Part shown: one piece after another, positions 18,514 through 28,086 of the stretch
How positions within the stretch are numbered: position 1 is the first letter of the stretch
Layout of the letters: each line of letters begins with the position of its first letter
Assembly: GCA_963928055.1 (NCBI GenBank)
Contig: CAWVDN010000001.1
Location: 586,441 to 650,440, forward strand
DNA: 64,000 nucleotides
Source: Candidatus Scatomonas sp.
GTDB taxonomy: Bacteria > Bacillota > Clostridia > Lachnospirales > Lachnospiraceae
Direction of reading: 5' to 3'
Notes under the pieces: generated by a model
Told to the model about the DNA's origin: nothing
Database searches by the model: none
The model's input: the letters and a program-made list of their open reading frames with translations, nothing else
Made by a program: the position numbers and the translations under genes

Positions 18514-18921
18514 TCAGAGCATTCCTTCTTCCGCCTGCATCTGCTCCCGGATCTTCCGGATCAGCGACAGATCTGCCGGCAGCCAGTCCACACTGTCCAG
18601 TTCTTCCCGGGAGAGCCATCTGGCGGCCTCGTGTTCTTTTAAGGTCAGTTCCCCGGAGCGGATCCGGGCCCAGAAGCATTCCATGGACAGATGAAAAGCG
18701 GGATAATCGTATTCCACGCAGTCGATCTTCTCTCCCACCTGGATCTCCGCGTCCAGCTCTTCCCGGATCTCCCGGACCAGAGCCTCCTGGGGCGTCTCCC
18801 CGGCCTCGATCTTGCCGCCGGGAAATTCCCAGCCGTCCTTGAATTCTCCGTAGCCTCTCTGGGTGGCAAATATCTTATGGCCGGAGCGAATAATGGCCGC
18901 TGCAACTCTGACTGTTTTCAT
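18514..18921 (-). CDS. MutT-like NUDIX hydrolase
   Basis: GGKIEAGETPQEALVREIREE Nudix box. Confidence 0.93.
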   Translation of the reverse strand: MKTVRVAAAIIRSGHKIFATQRGYGEFKDGWEFPGGKIEAGETPQEALVREIREELDAEIQVGEKIDCVEYDYPAFHLSMECFWARIRSGELTLKEHEAARWLSREELDSVDWLPADLSLIRKIREQMQAEEGML

Positions 18922-18943
18922 GTTTGATTCCTCTCTTCTGTAT

Positions 18944-21919
18944 TCAGCTGATGATGTACTGGTAAATATCCTCCCGAACCGGAGTGTCCAGATTCCACTC
19001 GATCTCTACTGCCGTCTTGGTGGTGTTGGGCATCTGAAATTCCCGGGTTCGGCCGGTAGCGGCCATTCTTCCCAGGTAATAAAATTCCTTGGAGATCTTG
19101 TCGTCCTTATTCTTCCTCACAAACAGATGAACGTCAATCCCACGCTCCCTGGCGTGCAGGAAGTTCTGAACGTCCTCGGATTCCAGGGACCGGCCGGATT
19201 TGGAAACGGCCATAAGGGTTCCGGTATTGAGGAAATGATCCTCGTACTTGGTGGTGTCGCTGATGTTCTCTTCCTTATGATAATTGATAAAAACCGGAAA
19301 GGTCCTGGTGTTCTTGTCGAATTTGTACCCGCCGATATTCAGGGGCACTTCGTTGTTCTCCCAGTTCAGCAGGCGGCAGACGTCCTCGTAAGTATATTTC
19401 TGATAGAGGACAAATTCCGTATCCTGGTAGCGGAGGCTGAAATTCTGCCGGTACCGGGAAATGCCGAAATCGATAAGCCCCTGCAGAATCTGATAGAATG
19501 CCGGGTTGCCCAGCATGCGGGCAAAGTTACGGGAGATCCCGTACTCCTCCCCTTCCTTCCGGATGAAAACGCAGGTTTCATAGGTTTTCTTTCCGGATCC
19601 GGAAGGAAATTCGTTGGTCATAACATTGACTACATTTTTTCTGGTCTTTTCATCTATGGTAATCCCGTAGTTGTCCCGGAGACTCTTGCTGAGGATCTGC
19701 AAAATCCCATGGCGGTACACCAGCAGACGGTTCAGCATTTCCAGTTCGTGGATCCGTTTGCCTGAGGCCAGCTTCCGGGAGACAAATTCAAGAATCTTCT
19801 CCTCTTCTTTGGACAGGCGCACCGTATATTCCTTCTCGTATTTTACCAGGAACTTGTAGTAAGATCCCAGACTGCTGTTATCAAAAATCCGGCAGACATC
19901 CATTTCCCCGTAGAGGTCAAAATCCTTCAGGGCAGGGATCCGGCCCAGCTTGTATTTCAGATTTGTGTAATTCTCCCGAATCAGCCGGATGTCGCTGAAA
20001 TTGGCGGCGTCAATGGCCGCGAAAATCCGCCGGCGGCTGATCTCGTCGAAATGAATGGTGGACACTCCGGGAATCACCCGGTCTCCCTCCATAACATACC
20101 GGCGCACGTTGTCTTTATTGTAGCTGCGGTCCCCGGAAAGGGCAATGGGGATCAGAAAATTATTTTTATAGTTGCCGATGAAATCCAGGATCACCACAAA
20201 TTCTTTGCCGGGGGATTTCCGAAGTCCCCGGCCCAGCTGCTGGACAAAGACAACAGCAGACTGGGTGGGCCGGAGCATGATCACCTGATTGATCTCCGGA
20301 ATATCCACACCCTCGGAGAAAATATCTACGGTAAAAATATAGTCCAGATAGTCTGCGGTTTCCTTCTGATCCTCCGGCACCTCCATCACCAGGCGCTCAA
20401 TGACTTCCTCCCGGCGGGTCTCGCTGTCCTCTCCAGTGAGGACCTCCGTCCGCAGGCCTCTCTCGTTAAACTTTTTGGAAAGCAGCCGGGCCTCCTCCTT
20501 GCGGCTGCAAAAAACCAGACCTTTGACCCGGTTTCCGCTGTGGCCGTAATAGGACGCCTGTTCCAGCACATAATCCACCCGGTGGTCGCTGACCAGCCGG
20601 TTAAAATCCCGAAAATCCCCCTCCTCATCGCCAATGGCCCGGCCGTCAATGGTAAGATCCGTGATGCCAAAATAGTGGAACGGACAGAGCAGATCCTCCT
20701 CCAATGCCTGCTGCAGACGAATTTCGTAGGCGATGTTATGATCAAAAATCTCATATACATCAAAACGGTTAGTTTCCGGGCTGGCCGTCATGCCCAGCCA
20801 GAAATCCGGCCGGAAATAGTCCATAATCTTCCGGTAGCTTTCCGCGCCGGAATGATGGGCCTCATCCAGGCAGATAACCGTGAACTGCTCCGGAGAAAAA
20901 GCTTCCCGCACGGAATCCCGACTCATCATCTGCATAGTAGCAAAAACCAGATCCGCCTGGCAGATGGATTCCAATTCCCCGGACGTGCGGCCGGAAAGCA
21001 AGGCGTAACGCCAGGGCGAACCGTCGTCCTTCCGGGGGCCAAAGACTTTCTGATAACTGGCCAGTGCCTGCCGGGCAATCTGCTCCCGGTGCACCAGAAA
21101 CAGCACTTTTTTCGGATGCATGTCCCGGAGAGCAAAGGCGGAGGCATAGGTTTTACCGGTTCCGGTGGCAGAAATCAGCAGCGCCCGGCGGGCTCCCTGC
21201 CGCACCAGCTTGCGAATATTTCTCACGAACGCCGTCTGCATGACATTAGGCTGCAGACGGTACTGCTCCAGAGACACCGGTACGGTCTCCCTGGCAACCT
21301 GCTTCTGTTTCTTCACCAGCGCATATCTGACCCGGTAATCCTCAATAAACTCCTCATATGCCAGGCTGTTGGTATCCTCCCAAAGAGAACGAAATTCCTG
21401 AAGAATGTCTCCCACCACTTCTCCGGTTTCCAATCCCACCAACTTGGTGTTCCACTCCCGATTCACCTTCAGAGCACCGGCAGTCATGTTGGCACTGCCA
21501 ATGATGATCCGGTAAATCTCTTCCTTCCGAAAAATATATCCTTTGGTATGAAATCCATCCTTATATCCATGAGTCACAAACATCTTCAGTTCAATATTTT
21601 TCAGGGAATGCAGCTTGTCCAGGGCCGCCGGATCATTAAACGCCAGATAATCCGTGGTGAGAATCTTCCCCGGAATCCCCCTGCGCTCTAATTCTTTCAA
21701 CGTCTGCAATAAGGGGGTAATCCCGCCCAAAGTAATAAACGCCACACTGATATAGAACTCCTGACAATTCAGGAGTTCCTGTTCCACTGCAGAAATCACT
21801 CTCTTGCCCTGACGGTAATCGTTGGAGACAAACTCCGGGCGGTACGCCAGGTTAGAGGGAATAGATTGGTTGATAAAGGCCGTTTCCAGGCCGTGTTGGA
21901 GGTTTGTTTGGTTATTCAT
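18944..21919 (-). CDS. PLD-domain / DExH helicase / DUF3427 protein (putative restriction-like nuclease-helicase)
   Basis: 991 aa; FHTKGY...GSANMT PLD motif, ATGTGKT, DEAHH, QQLGRGLR, DUF3427-type C-terminus. Confidence 0.9.
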   Translation of the reverse strand: MNNQTNLQHGLETAFINQSIPSNLAYRPEFVSNDYRQGKRVISAVEQELLNCQEFYISVAFITLGGITPLLQTLKELERRGIPGKILTTDYLAFNDPAALDKLHSLKNIELKMFVTHGYKDGFHTKGYIFRKEEIYRIIIGSANMTAGALKVNREWNTKLVGLETGEVVGDILQEFRSLWEDTNSLAYEEFIEDYRVRYALVKKQKQVARETVPVSLEQYRLQPNVMQTAFVRNIRKLVRQGARRALLISATGTGKTYASAFALRDMHPKKVLFLVHREQIARQALASYQKVFGPRKDDGSPWRYALLSGRTSGELESICQADLVFATMQMMSRDSVREAFSPEQFTVICLDEAHHSGAESYRKIMDYFRPDFWLGMTASPETNRFDVYEIFDHNIAYEIRLQQALEEDLLCPFHYFGITDLTIDGRAIGDEEGDFRDFNRLVSDHRVDYVLEQASYYGHSGNRVKGLVFCSRKEEARLLSKKFNERGLRTEVLTGEDSETRREEVIERLVMEVPEDQKETADYLDYIFTVDIFSEGVDIPEINQVIMLRPTQSAVVFVQQLGRGLRKSPGKEFVVILDFIGNYKNNFLIPIALSGDRSYNKDNVRRYVMEGDRVIPGVSTIHFDEISRRRIFAAIDAANFSDIRLIRENYTNLKYKLGRIPALKDFDLYGEMDVCRIFDNSSLGSYYKFLVKYEKEYTVRLSKEEEKILEFVSRKLASGKRIHELEMLNRLLVYRHGILQILSKSLRDNYGITIDEKTRKNVVNVMTNEFPSGSGKKTYETCVFIRKEGEEYGISRNFARMLGNPAFYQILQGLIDFGISRYRQNFSLRYQDTEFVLYQKYTYEDVCRLLNWENNEVPLNIGGYKFDKNTRTFPVFINYHKEENISDTTKYEDHFLNTGTLMAVSKSGRSLESEDVQNFLHARERGIDVHLFVRKNKDDKISKEFYYLGRMAATGRTREFQMPNTTKTAVEIEWNLDTPVREDIYQYIIS

Positions 21920-21939
21920 TTTTTCATCCTGGTTGCTTT
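21870..21939. repeat. 70-bp direct repeat, copy 1 (contains the helicase start codon and first 17 codons)
   Basis: 67/70 identical to 29878-29947. Confidence 0.95.
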
Positions 21940-22025
21940 ATTTTTAGGGTTTCAATTTTATTATGCGATTTTTTTTTACTCTTTTAAAGTGGTTTTTGCT
22001 CTGCCGAAAAATATATGTAAATAAA

Positions 22026-22147
22026 TAGATCTGTTCCCTAGTACTGGCTGGCACGAGAGGACAGAAAGTACGTCATTTGCCGGGCGGTTCCTCCGACTTG
22101 ATCCACCGCTGTTTTACTCTCTGGAAACGTAGCCGGGAACATATCTA
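22026..22147 (-). other. Long imperfect hairpin in the leader of the helicase gene
   Basis: TAGATCTGTTCCC / GGGAACATATCTA (12 of 13 complementary) with inner GGCT/AGCC, GAGAG/CTCTC and GCGGT/ACCGC stems. Confidence 0.55.
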
Positions 22148-22237
22148 GCCCAATATAAGTGATATATCCCACACATGTCAATACATCTCTATTCCCATCC
22201 ACGCACAAGCGATTTTCTTTTAAAAAACTATTAGAAA

Positions 22238-24265
22238 TCAAAATAGTTTAAATGCTCGCTCTCCAATATTAATTATTTTGGCATCTTCCTCTGGCAAATT
22301 TTCAATGAATTGCTTTAATTCTTCATTATTTAGTGTTATTCCAACAATAACCTGAGCCTCCCCTTCTATGTCAAGTACACTTTGTATTAAACTTTCCATA
22401 TCGGATGTTACAATACTATGTTGTGCTGGCTCATCAAATATTATTATACCTGGGTGATTTCCTCCTTTTACAAGAGAAGTTTGAAGTAATGCTATTGTAA
22501 ATGACCAGATAATTCTAATATTGTCACTCGCAGAAGAATCAAACTTCATATCAAATCCATCAATTAAAGGAAGGCATGTTTCAACAGGAATATCAACAGC
22601 ATCAATATCTGGAGCACTTTTGTACTTATATTTACGAAGATTATTAACAAAGTTATTTTTAAAAGTTTTGATAACTTCAGCATCTAAATCTGAGACTTCT
22701 TTTTTGGGAAGTTTTTCATATTCTTCTTTATATTTTTTCCAACGATCAGAAAGTTTTCTGATTTCTTCTAGTTTCTGGTCTATAAAGGATTGAAGTTGAA
22801 CATATCCTCTAATTTTCGACTCAATTTCTACAAATTTTTGTACGACAAATTCTGACCATTCTGTTTCAGTAGAATAAATATCCGAACGAATTGTCTGTGC
22901 AAGGCGTCGCAAAGTTACCAGCCGTGATTGTAAATCATTTTCGACTAGTGAAAGTTGCTCTATATTTGTTTTGTGACTATCACGTGTAAACTCAAGAACG
23001 CTTTTCTGTCCTTCTAAGTGTCGAATATTTTCTTCGATACTCATAATTGGGATATCATTACCAAAATGCAAGAGAGAATCCTCAATTTTTTGATTGCATG
23101 TCGGACAAATATTTTTTGCAATCTTACATCCTATTGCAGAACCCATACTTTGCAATTTTGCCGCATCTTTATTATTTCTTAAATCACGAATAACTATTTC
23201 AAGGCTTCGCTCAGCTTGAGTAACCGCACTACGTGACAAGGTAATTTGTTCATGACATTCAGAAGCTTTCTGTTCAAAAGAATCTATTGTTTCAGATATT
23301 GTTTGCAACTCCTTATTTAAATCATCAAAATTATCAATATTCCTAGGTTTAAGACATTTAATCGAATCATGCTCGTCTTGTAATTCTAAGATAGCATCTT
23401 CAAGAGATTTTTTATCAACTGTTGTTACGGCAATAGCTTTATAATCGTTATCACTCATAATTTTAGGTTGTATAGGTAATCCACTAACTGAGCAAGATTC
23501 ATGGGTTGCATTTCGATTTATATCATCAAATATGTTTTTCCATTCACTAATAATTGCATTCTTTACGGATTTAAGTCTATTCTTTTCTCTCTCATTTTTA
23601 AATGTATCTAAACCTAGTAAAAATTCTACAACTCGCTTTTTGGCATCCTTAATTCCGAAATATGGCATCCCTGAAAAAATATCACCCCAGCCATGTTTCT
23701 GCTCAATGAATAAGCCTGAAAAAATCACTTGTAAATATAGTTTTTGATTATTACCGTTTGTTTGTACCAAAGGTAGTTGAATATGCAGAAATGATTCTAA
23801 AAACGAGTGGAACCCTTTTTCATTAGTTGCTGCACCTCCATCATGAATATACATATCTTCTGGTTGCGTACTTTGATTTCCAATAGAATCATAATCACCA
23901 TAATATACAGTAACAAGTCGTGGATCCCTTGTTTCCATTTTTGCAGATCTATATATAGTTACAATTTCATTACCATTAGATATTTCCAAGTATGCCCCTG
24001 ACTCTAAAACATTCCAATCCTTATCCCCATCATGAATTACTGACTTATATACAGAAGTGAGAACTTTTTGATTTCTTCCTCCAATAATTTCTTCAAAACC
24101 AAGACAGTAAAAAATTGCTTCAAGCACAGAACTTTTACCAGCAGTATTACTATTACTAGCAATAAATGTTAACCCACTGGAAAATTTTTCATCAAAACCA
24201 TAAATTCCTTCATTTTCCTCATTGGCTGTTTTAATTTCAATGCGAAGACGATTTATTCTCAGCAT
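22238..24265 (-). CDS. SMC/Rad50-like ABC ATPase (Lamassu LmuB-like / ABC-3C ATPase)
   Basis: 675 aa; NTAGKSS Walker A, FIEQ Q-loop, coiled coils with a central CPTC zinc hook, SASDNIRIIW signature, IIFDEP Walker B. Confidence 0.85.
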   Translation of the reverse strand: MLRINRLRIEIKTANEENEGIYGFDEKFSSGLTFIASNSNTAGKSSVLEAIFYCLGFEEIIGGRNQKVLTSVYKSVIHDGDKDWNVLESGAYLEISNGNEIVTIYRSAKMETRDPRLVTVYYGDYDSIGNQSTQPEDMYIHDGGAATNEKGFHSFLESFLHIQLPLVQTNGNNQKLYLQVIFSGLFIEQKHGWGDIFSGMPYFGIKDAKKRVVEFLLGLDTFKNEREKNRLKSVKNAIISEWKNIFDDINRNATHESCSVSGLPIQPKIMSDNDYKAIAVTTVDKKSLEDAILELQDEHDSIKCLKPRNIDNFDDLNKELQTISETIDSFEQKASECHEQITLSRSAVTQAERSLEIVIRDLRNNKDAAKLQSMGSAIGCKIAKNICPTCNQKIEDSLLHFGNDIPIMSIEENIRHLEGQKSVLEFTRDSHKTNIEQLSLVENDLQSRLVTLRRLAQTIRSDIYSTETEWSEFVVQKFVEIESKIRGYVQLQSFIDQKLEEIRKLSDRWKKYKEEYEKLPKKEVSDLDAEVIKTFKNNFVNNLRKYKYKSAPDIDAVDIPVETCLPLIDGFDMKFDSSASDNIRIIWSFTIALLQTSLVKGGNHPGIIIFDEPAQHSIVTSDMESLIQSVLDIEGEAQVIVGITLNNEELKQFIENLPEEDAKIINIGERAFKLF

Positions 24266-24743
24266 ATGTGTTCCTCCAAATATCTGACAGTTGTTTTATC
24301 TTATTATCTGTCAATTTTTTTGACAAAAGCGAAAGTGCTATCTTCTCTGCAGTAAATATTTCTGATTTGTTATCTATTTCTGATACAAGTTCTTGGCCTT
24401 TGTCTGTCAAAACATATTTTCCGTTTTTCCCTTGAAAAATCAATTCATCTGCTATTGCAAAAGTTACTGCTCTATTTACCGCTGGATCAAAACGAATAAT
24501 GGGAGGCGAAGCAAAGTCATATTGTACATAATCTAATAGCCTGTCCATTGCTTCTTTCGAGCAAAGCGCAAAAGATATAATATGTAGTTTTATTGGCAAA
24601 CAACCAGACTTACCCCAACATGATTTTGCAATAATAAAGCATATCTGCGAAACTTTATAACTGATACGATAATTATATGGCACAGCATCTGGTTTGGCAT
24701 CAAACACAATATCCCTATTTTCAATTAAATTTTGTCTATTCAA
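24237..24743 (-). CDS. Middle component (LmuC-like / ABC-3C MC)
   Basis: 168 aa between the effector and the ATPase, overlapping the ATPase start; C-terminal winged-helix-like YVLTDKG. Confidence 0.7.
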   Translation of the reverse strand: MNRQNLIENRDIVFDAKPDAVPYNYRISYKVSQICFIIAKSCWGKSGCLPIKLHIISFALCSKEAMDRLLDYVQYDFASPPIIRFDPAVNRAVTFAIADELIFQGKNGKYVLTDKGQELVSEIDNKSEIFTAEKIALSLLSKKLTDNKIKQLSDIWRNTYAENKSSSH

Positions 24744-24754
24744 AATACTCTCAC

Positions 24755-25714
24755 CTACATTCTAAATTCCATTGAGCAATCTGCCAACCAACTTGCAACT
24801 AAATCTTGTTTAAGTTCCCCAATTGAAGCCAAACTAATTGTTGTAGAGAATTGTTCTTTAAGCTTTTTTTCAAAATCATCAAGCAATTCACCAAACAAAC
24901 GTGCATTACCTGAGTGTTCAGATATTAATCTCGTCTTAACAGCAACATCTTTTTTACAACTCTGTTCTAATTCAATTAGCGATTCATGTATTTCCGGAAA
25001 ATTCAGTCTCAACTTATTTAATATTGCTAATCCACTAAGATAAGATTCTATATAATGATTCACTAGAAAAACAACATCTATATCCTCATCGTTATTAGTG
25101 TTTTTTATGGCTTTTATTTTTCGTTTTATATTGTTAACTTTTTCAGAATCACATTTCGTATAGTCAAGCTCAACTGCATCTCTTATCGCCAAATTTAAAA
25201 GATAATCTTTATGAGGAGCAAGAACTATCCTGCTAATTTCCAATAAAAAATCTTCTGCACACTTTATGATAACTTTAAAGTCATCGTCAATATTTGTATA
25301 AACAGTAGGATTTGCCTTCTTAGCGGCTAATACTTCCTTTCTTTTAGTCTCAGCATGTTTTACAATACGAGAGTCCTTTTGTTCGGGTATAACAAAATGC
25401 CATTCTTTAATTGGTGGTACACCCCACTCTTTAAGTTTCTTTATATAATCGGGTTTCAAAAGTTTTCCGATATCCTTTGTCATTTTATCACGCATATGCG
25501 TGTAATTATCTTCATCTGAATAGTCTTTCTCTGGACAATAGCATTGATGAACAATTCCATTTTGAGTAAATCCTTCGATTCCTCCATCGCCTCCCTGAGC
25601 CGCAGAAATGGGTGTATAATGCTCATTTTGATATCTCATACGATAACACATTACACACAATTCCTCCCATGCATTGCCGTTCATGTATCCCTCAATAAAT
25701 TGTAAAACACTCAT
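24755..25714 (-). CDS. Effector with an N-terminal PD-(D/E)xK-like endonuclease domain and a helical C-terminal domain (LmuA-like)
   Basis: 319 aa; WEELC...GGDGGIEGF...HQCY. Confidence 0.75.
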   Translation of the reverse strand: MSVLQFIEGYMNGNAWEELCVMCYRMRYQNEHYTPISAAQGGDGGIEGFTQNGIVHQCYCPEKDYSDEDNYTHMRDKMTKDIGKLLKPDYIKKLKEWGVPPIKEWHFVIPEQKDSRIVKHAETKRKEVLAAKKANPTVYTNIDDDFKVIIKCAEDFLLEISRIVLAPHKDYLLNLAIRDAVELDYTKCDSEKVNNIKRKIKAIKNTNNDEDIDVVFLVNHYIESYLSGLAILNKLRLNFPEIHESLIELEQSCKKDVAVKTRLISEHSGNARLFGELLDDFEKKLKEQFSTTISLASIGELKQDLVASWLADCSMEFRM

Positions 25715-25920
25715 TTATTTTCTCCTCCAAAAAGCCTTAACGATATAGTATTGACAAAATCAGGCTTCCTAGTCAACGTACATTTATCAACACAAACTGA
25801 ATACTTCCCTGATAAATCCTTTATTTTTACAAGATGGAAAAAGTCTAAAACATCTATAACTATTACTTCTCTATGCATATAATAGCACTTTTCACCTATT
25901 CTAGGGAGATATTCCGCCAT
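25711..25920 (-). CDS. 69-aa hypothetical protein translationally coupled to the effector gene
   Basis: GGGAGG RBS; its TGA overlaps the effector ATG (ATGA). Confidence 0.7.
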   Translation of the reverse strand: MAEYLPRIGEKCYYMHREVIVIDVLDFFHLVKIKDLSGKYSVCVDKCTLTRKPDFVNTISLRLFGGENK

Positions 25921-26021
25921 AGCACCATCCTCCCTCTATGTATTGTCATGTAAATACATTTTCTCTACACCCTCTGCTATTTTTTATAGCCACTTGTATG
26001 TACAAGGCTTTCTGTTTATCA

Positions 26022-26252
26022 TCAACATTCTCTATTAGATATCTGTATATAACTACCATCCTCTATTATGAATCTCTGCTCAAACGTGACACCTAGTACG
26101 TCTGCAATAATAATCATTTCCTCCACACTGACAGTCCCACGTTGTAACTTCTTATTAAAGTTCTGCGGTGATTGGCCAATTTTCCGGGCAAGCTCTGAGA
26201 TACTGATATTCATTTTTTCACAAAGTTCCCGAATCATATCAGATGTTGTCAT
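26022..26252 (-). CDS. Xre-family HTH protein
   Basis: MTTSDMIRELCEKMNISISELARKIGQSPQNF; GGAGG RBS. Confidence 0.85.
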   Translation of the reverse strand: MTTSDMIRELCEKMNISISELARKIGQSPQNFNKKLQRGTVSVEEMIIIADVLGVTFEQRFIIEDGSYIQISNREC

Positions 26253-26330
26253 TTTTACTCCTCCATACCTTTTATTATAAACCATATGGTTGCTAAACGC
26301 AATCCATCATTCCTTTATTCTATTTCCCAC

Positions 26331-26371
26331 AAAAAGACATCCTACAAGTCCGCTTGAACTTATAGGATGTC
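26331..26371 (-). terminator. Rho-independent terminator after the recombinase gene
   Basis: GACATCCTATAAG-loop-CTTGTAGGATGTC followed by TTTTT. Confidence 0.8.
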
Positions 26372-26381
26372 AACGTACCTA

Positions 26382-27920
26382 TTATTCCACATCCACCTTC
26401 GCACCAGATTTGAACTCCACCTCAAACCTTTCATCATAAACGGTAACCTTCTCGATCAGCCGCCGCACCAGTTGCTCATCGTACTCCATAACCTCTGTGG
26501 ACTGCCGTTCCAGGAACTCCCGCATCTCTCTGATCCGCTGTTTCAGTCCTTCCCGTTCGGCGCTCTCCACCAGGGCATTCTGCTTCAATTCCCGCAGCCT
26601 GTCAATCTCATCCGCAACACTGTTATAATCCTTTTTTGAATTCGCCAGCTTCAGAAGCTCCTTTTGCAGGTCCAGCAGCTTGGCCTCAATCCCTTCCGAT
26701 GAGGTTTCACCCTCCTGCCGGATCACTGCTTCTATGTTCTCCTGGAGAGTGGCCATCATGTTTTCCCTGTTGCCAAGTGTAAGGTTGATCGCCTGCACCA
26801 CCGCCGCCTGCAGATCTTGCTCCTGAATAGTTGGTGCGTCACAGGCGGTTGGCCCATGTTCCACACGGGTACAGCACCGCCACACGGTAGAATGTTTTCC
26901 CCTGTTATTCCATGCAATCCGCCGGTAAATTTCGCCGCACCTGGAGCAGTAAACAATACTGGATAAGGCATACTTGCTGCTGTAAACCCTCTTTTTCCGG
27001 TTAGCTCCACTGTGGAGGTTCGCCCGCCGGATCATTTCCTCCTGCACCTGCATATAAAGGTCACGGGGAATGATCGGCTCATGGCTGTTTTCCACATAAT
27101 ACTGTGGGACAATCCCCTTGTTCTGCACCCGTTTTTTATTAAGAAAATCAACAGTATAGGTCTTCTGCAAAAGGGCGTCTCCGATGTACTTTTCATTCTG
27201 CAGGATCTTCTTCAGTGTTTCCGGACGCCACTTCGTTTTCCCAGCCCCGGTAAGAATCCCGTCCGCTTCCAGCCCACGCCCGATTTGGAGCAGGCTTTCC
27301 CCTTCCAGGTACTCCCGGTAAATCCACTTTACCACTTCCGCCTCTGCAGGCTCTATGACCAGGTTTCCCTCCTCATCCTTTGTGTAACCCAGGAATCGGC
27401 TGTGGTTGACCCGGACCTCCCCATTCTGGAAGCGGTACTGCAGGCCGAGTTTGATGTTCTGGCTCAAAGACTGGCTTTCCTGCTGTGCCAGACTCGCCAT
27501 GATGGTGAGTAGCACCTCACCTTTGGAATCCATGGTGTTGATGTTCTCTTTTTCAAAGAAAACCGGGATGTTCTTTTCCTTCAGTTCCCGGATATATTTC
27601 AGACAATCCAGAGTATTTCTGGCAAACCGGCTGATGGACTTGGTAATGACGAAGTCAATCGTTCCTCTCTCGCAGGCGGCAACCATCGCCAGCAACCCAT
27701 CCCGCTTTTCTTTTTTCGTGCCAGAGATGCCTTCGTCATAGTAAAGTCCGGCAAATTTCCACTCGTCATTGGACTTGATATAGTTCTCATAGTGGGCCTT
27801 CTGCGCTGCCAGGCTGACAAGCTGTTCCTCACTGGCTGTAGACACCCGGCAGTAGGCAGCCACTCTGATTTTCTTCTCCCCAAAGGATGTATTCTCCGCA
27901 ATCTTTGTGATCCGTTTCAT
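26382..27920 (-). CDS. Large serine recombinase
   Basis: 512 aa; AAYCRVST catalytic Ser, [11 protein letters not shown], recombinase domain, CSRC...C zinc ribbon, coiled coil. Confidence 0.95.
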   Translation of the reverse strand: MKRITKIAENTSFGEKKIRVAAYCRVSTASEEQLVSLAAQKAHYENYIKSNDEWKFAGLYYDEGISGTKKEKRDGLLAMVAACERGTIDFVITKSISRFARNTLDCLKYIRELKEKNIPVFFEKENINTMDSKGEVLLTIMASLAQQESQSLSQNIKLGLQYRFQNGEVRVNHSRFLGYTKDEEGNLVIEPAEAEVVKWIYREYLEGESLLQIGRGLEADGILTGAGKTKWRPETLKKILQNEKYIGDALLQKTYTVDFLNKKRVQNKGIVPQYYVENSHEPIIPRDLYMQVQEEMIRRANLHSGANRKKRVYSSKYALSSIVYCSRCGEIYRRIAWNNRGKHSTVWRCCTRVEHGPTACDAPTIQEQDLQAAVVQAINLTLGNRENMMATLQENIEAVIRQEGETSSEGIEAKLLDLQKELLKLANSKKDYNSVADEIDRLRELKQNALVESAEREGLKQRIREMREFLERQSTEVMEYDEQLVRRLIEKVTVYDERFEVEFKSGAKVDVE

Positions 27921-28086
27921 CCTCTCACCTCTCTCTGCAGGAAGCTGTCTTCCTTACATGTCACAGGCAAAAAAAAGAAAGGATTTTTACCCTCTCCAAA
28001 AAAATTTTTCAATATTTTTACCAGATAAAATCACGATACATAGTAAATTTTACGACATAAAAAGGCCGGTGGATTTCTCCATCAGC

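Noticed and set aside
22038-22241. 67-aa ORF containing LDMFPAT, resembling the rlmD VDMFP motif (possible att remnant)
   Set aside because: The match is only about 10 nt and coincides with the hairpin stem; the downstream HVE-type rlmD residues are absent
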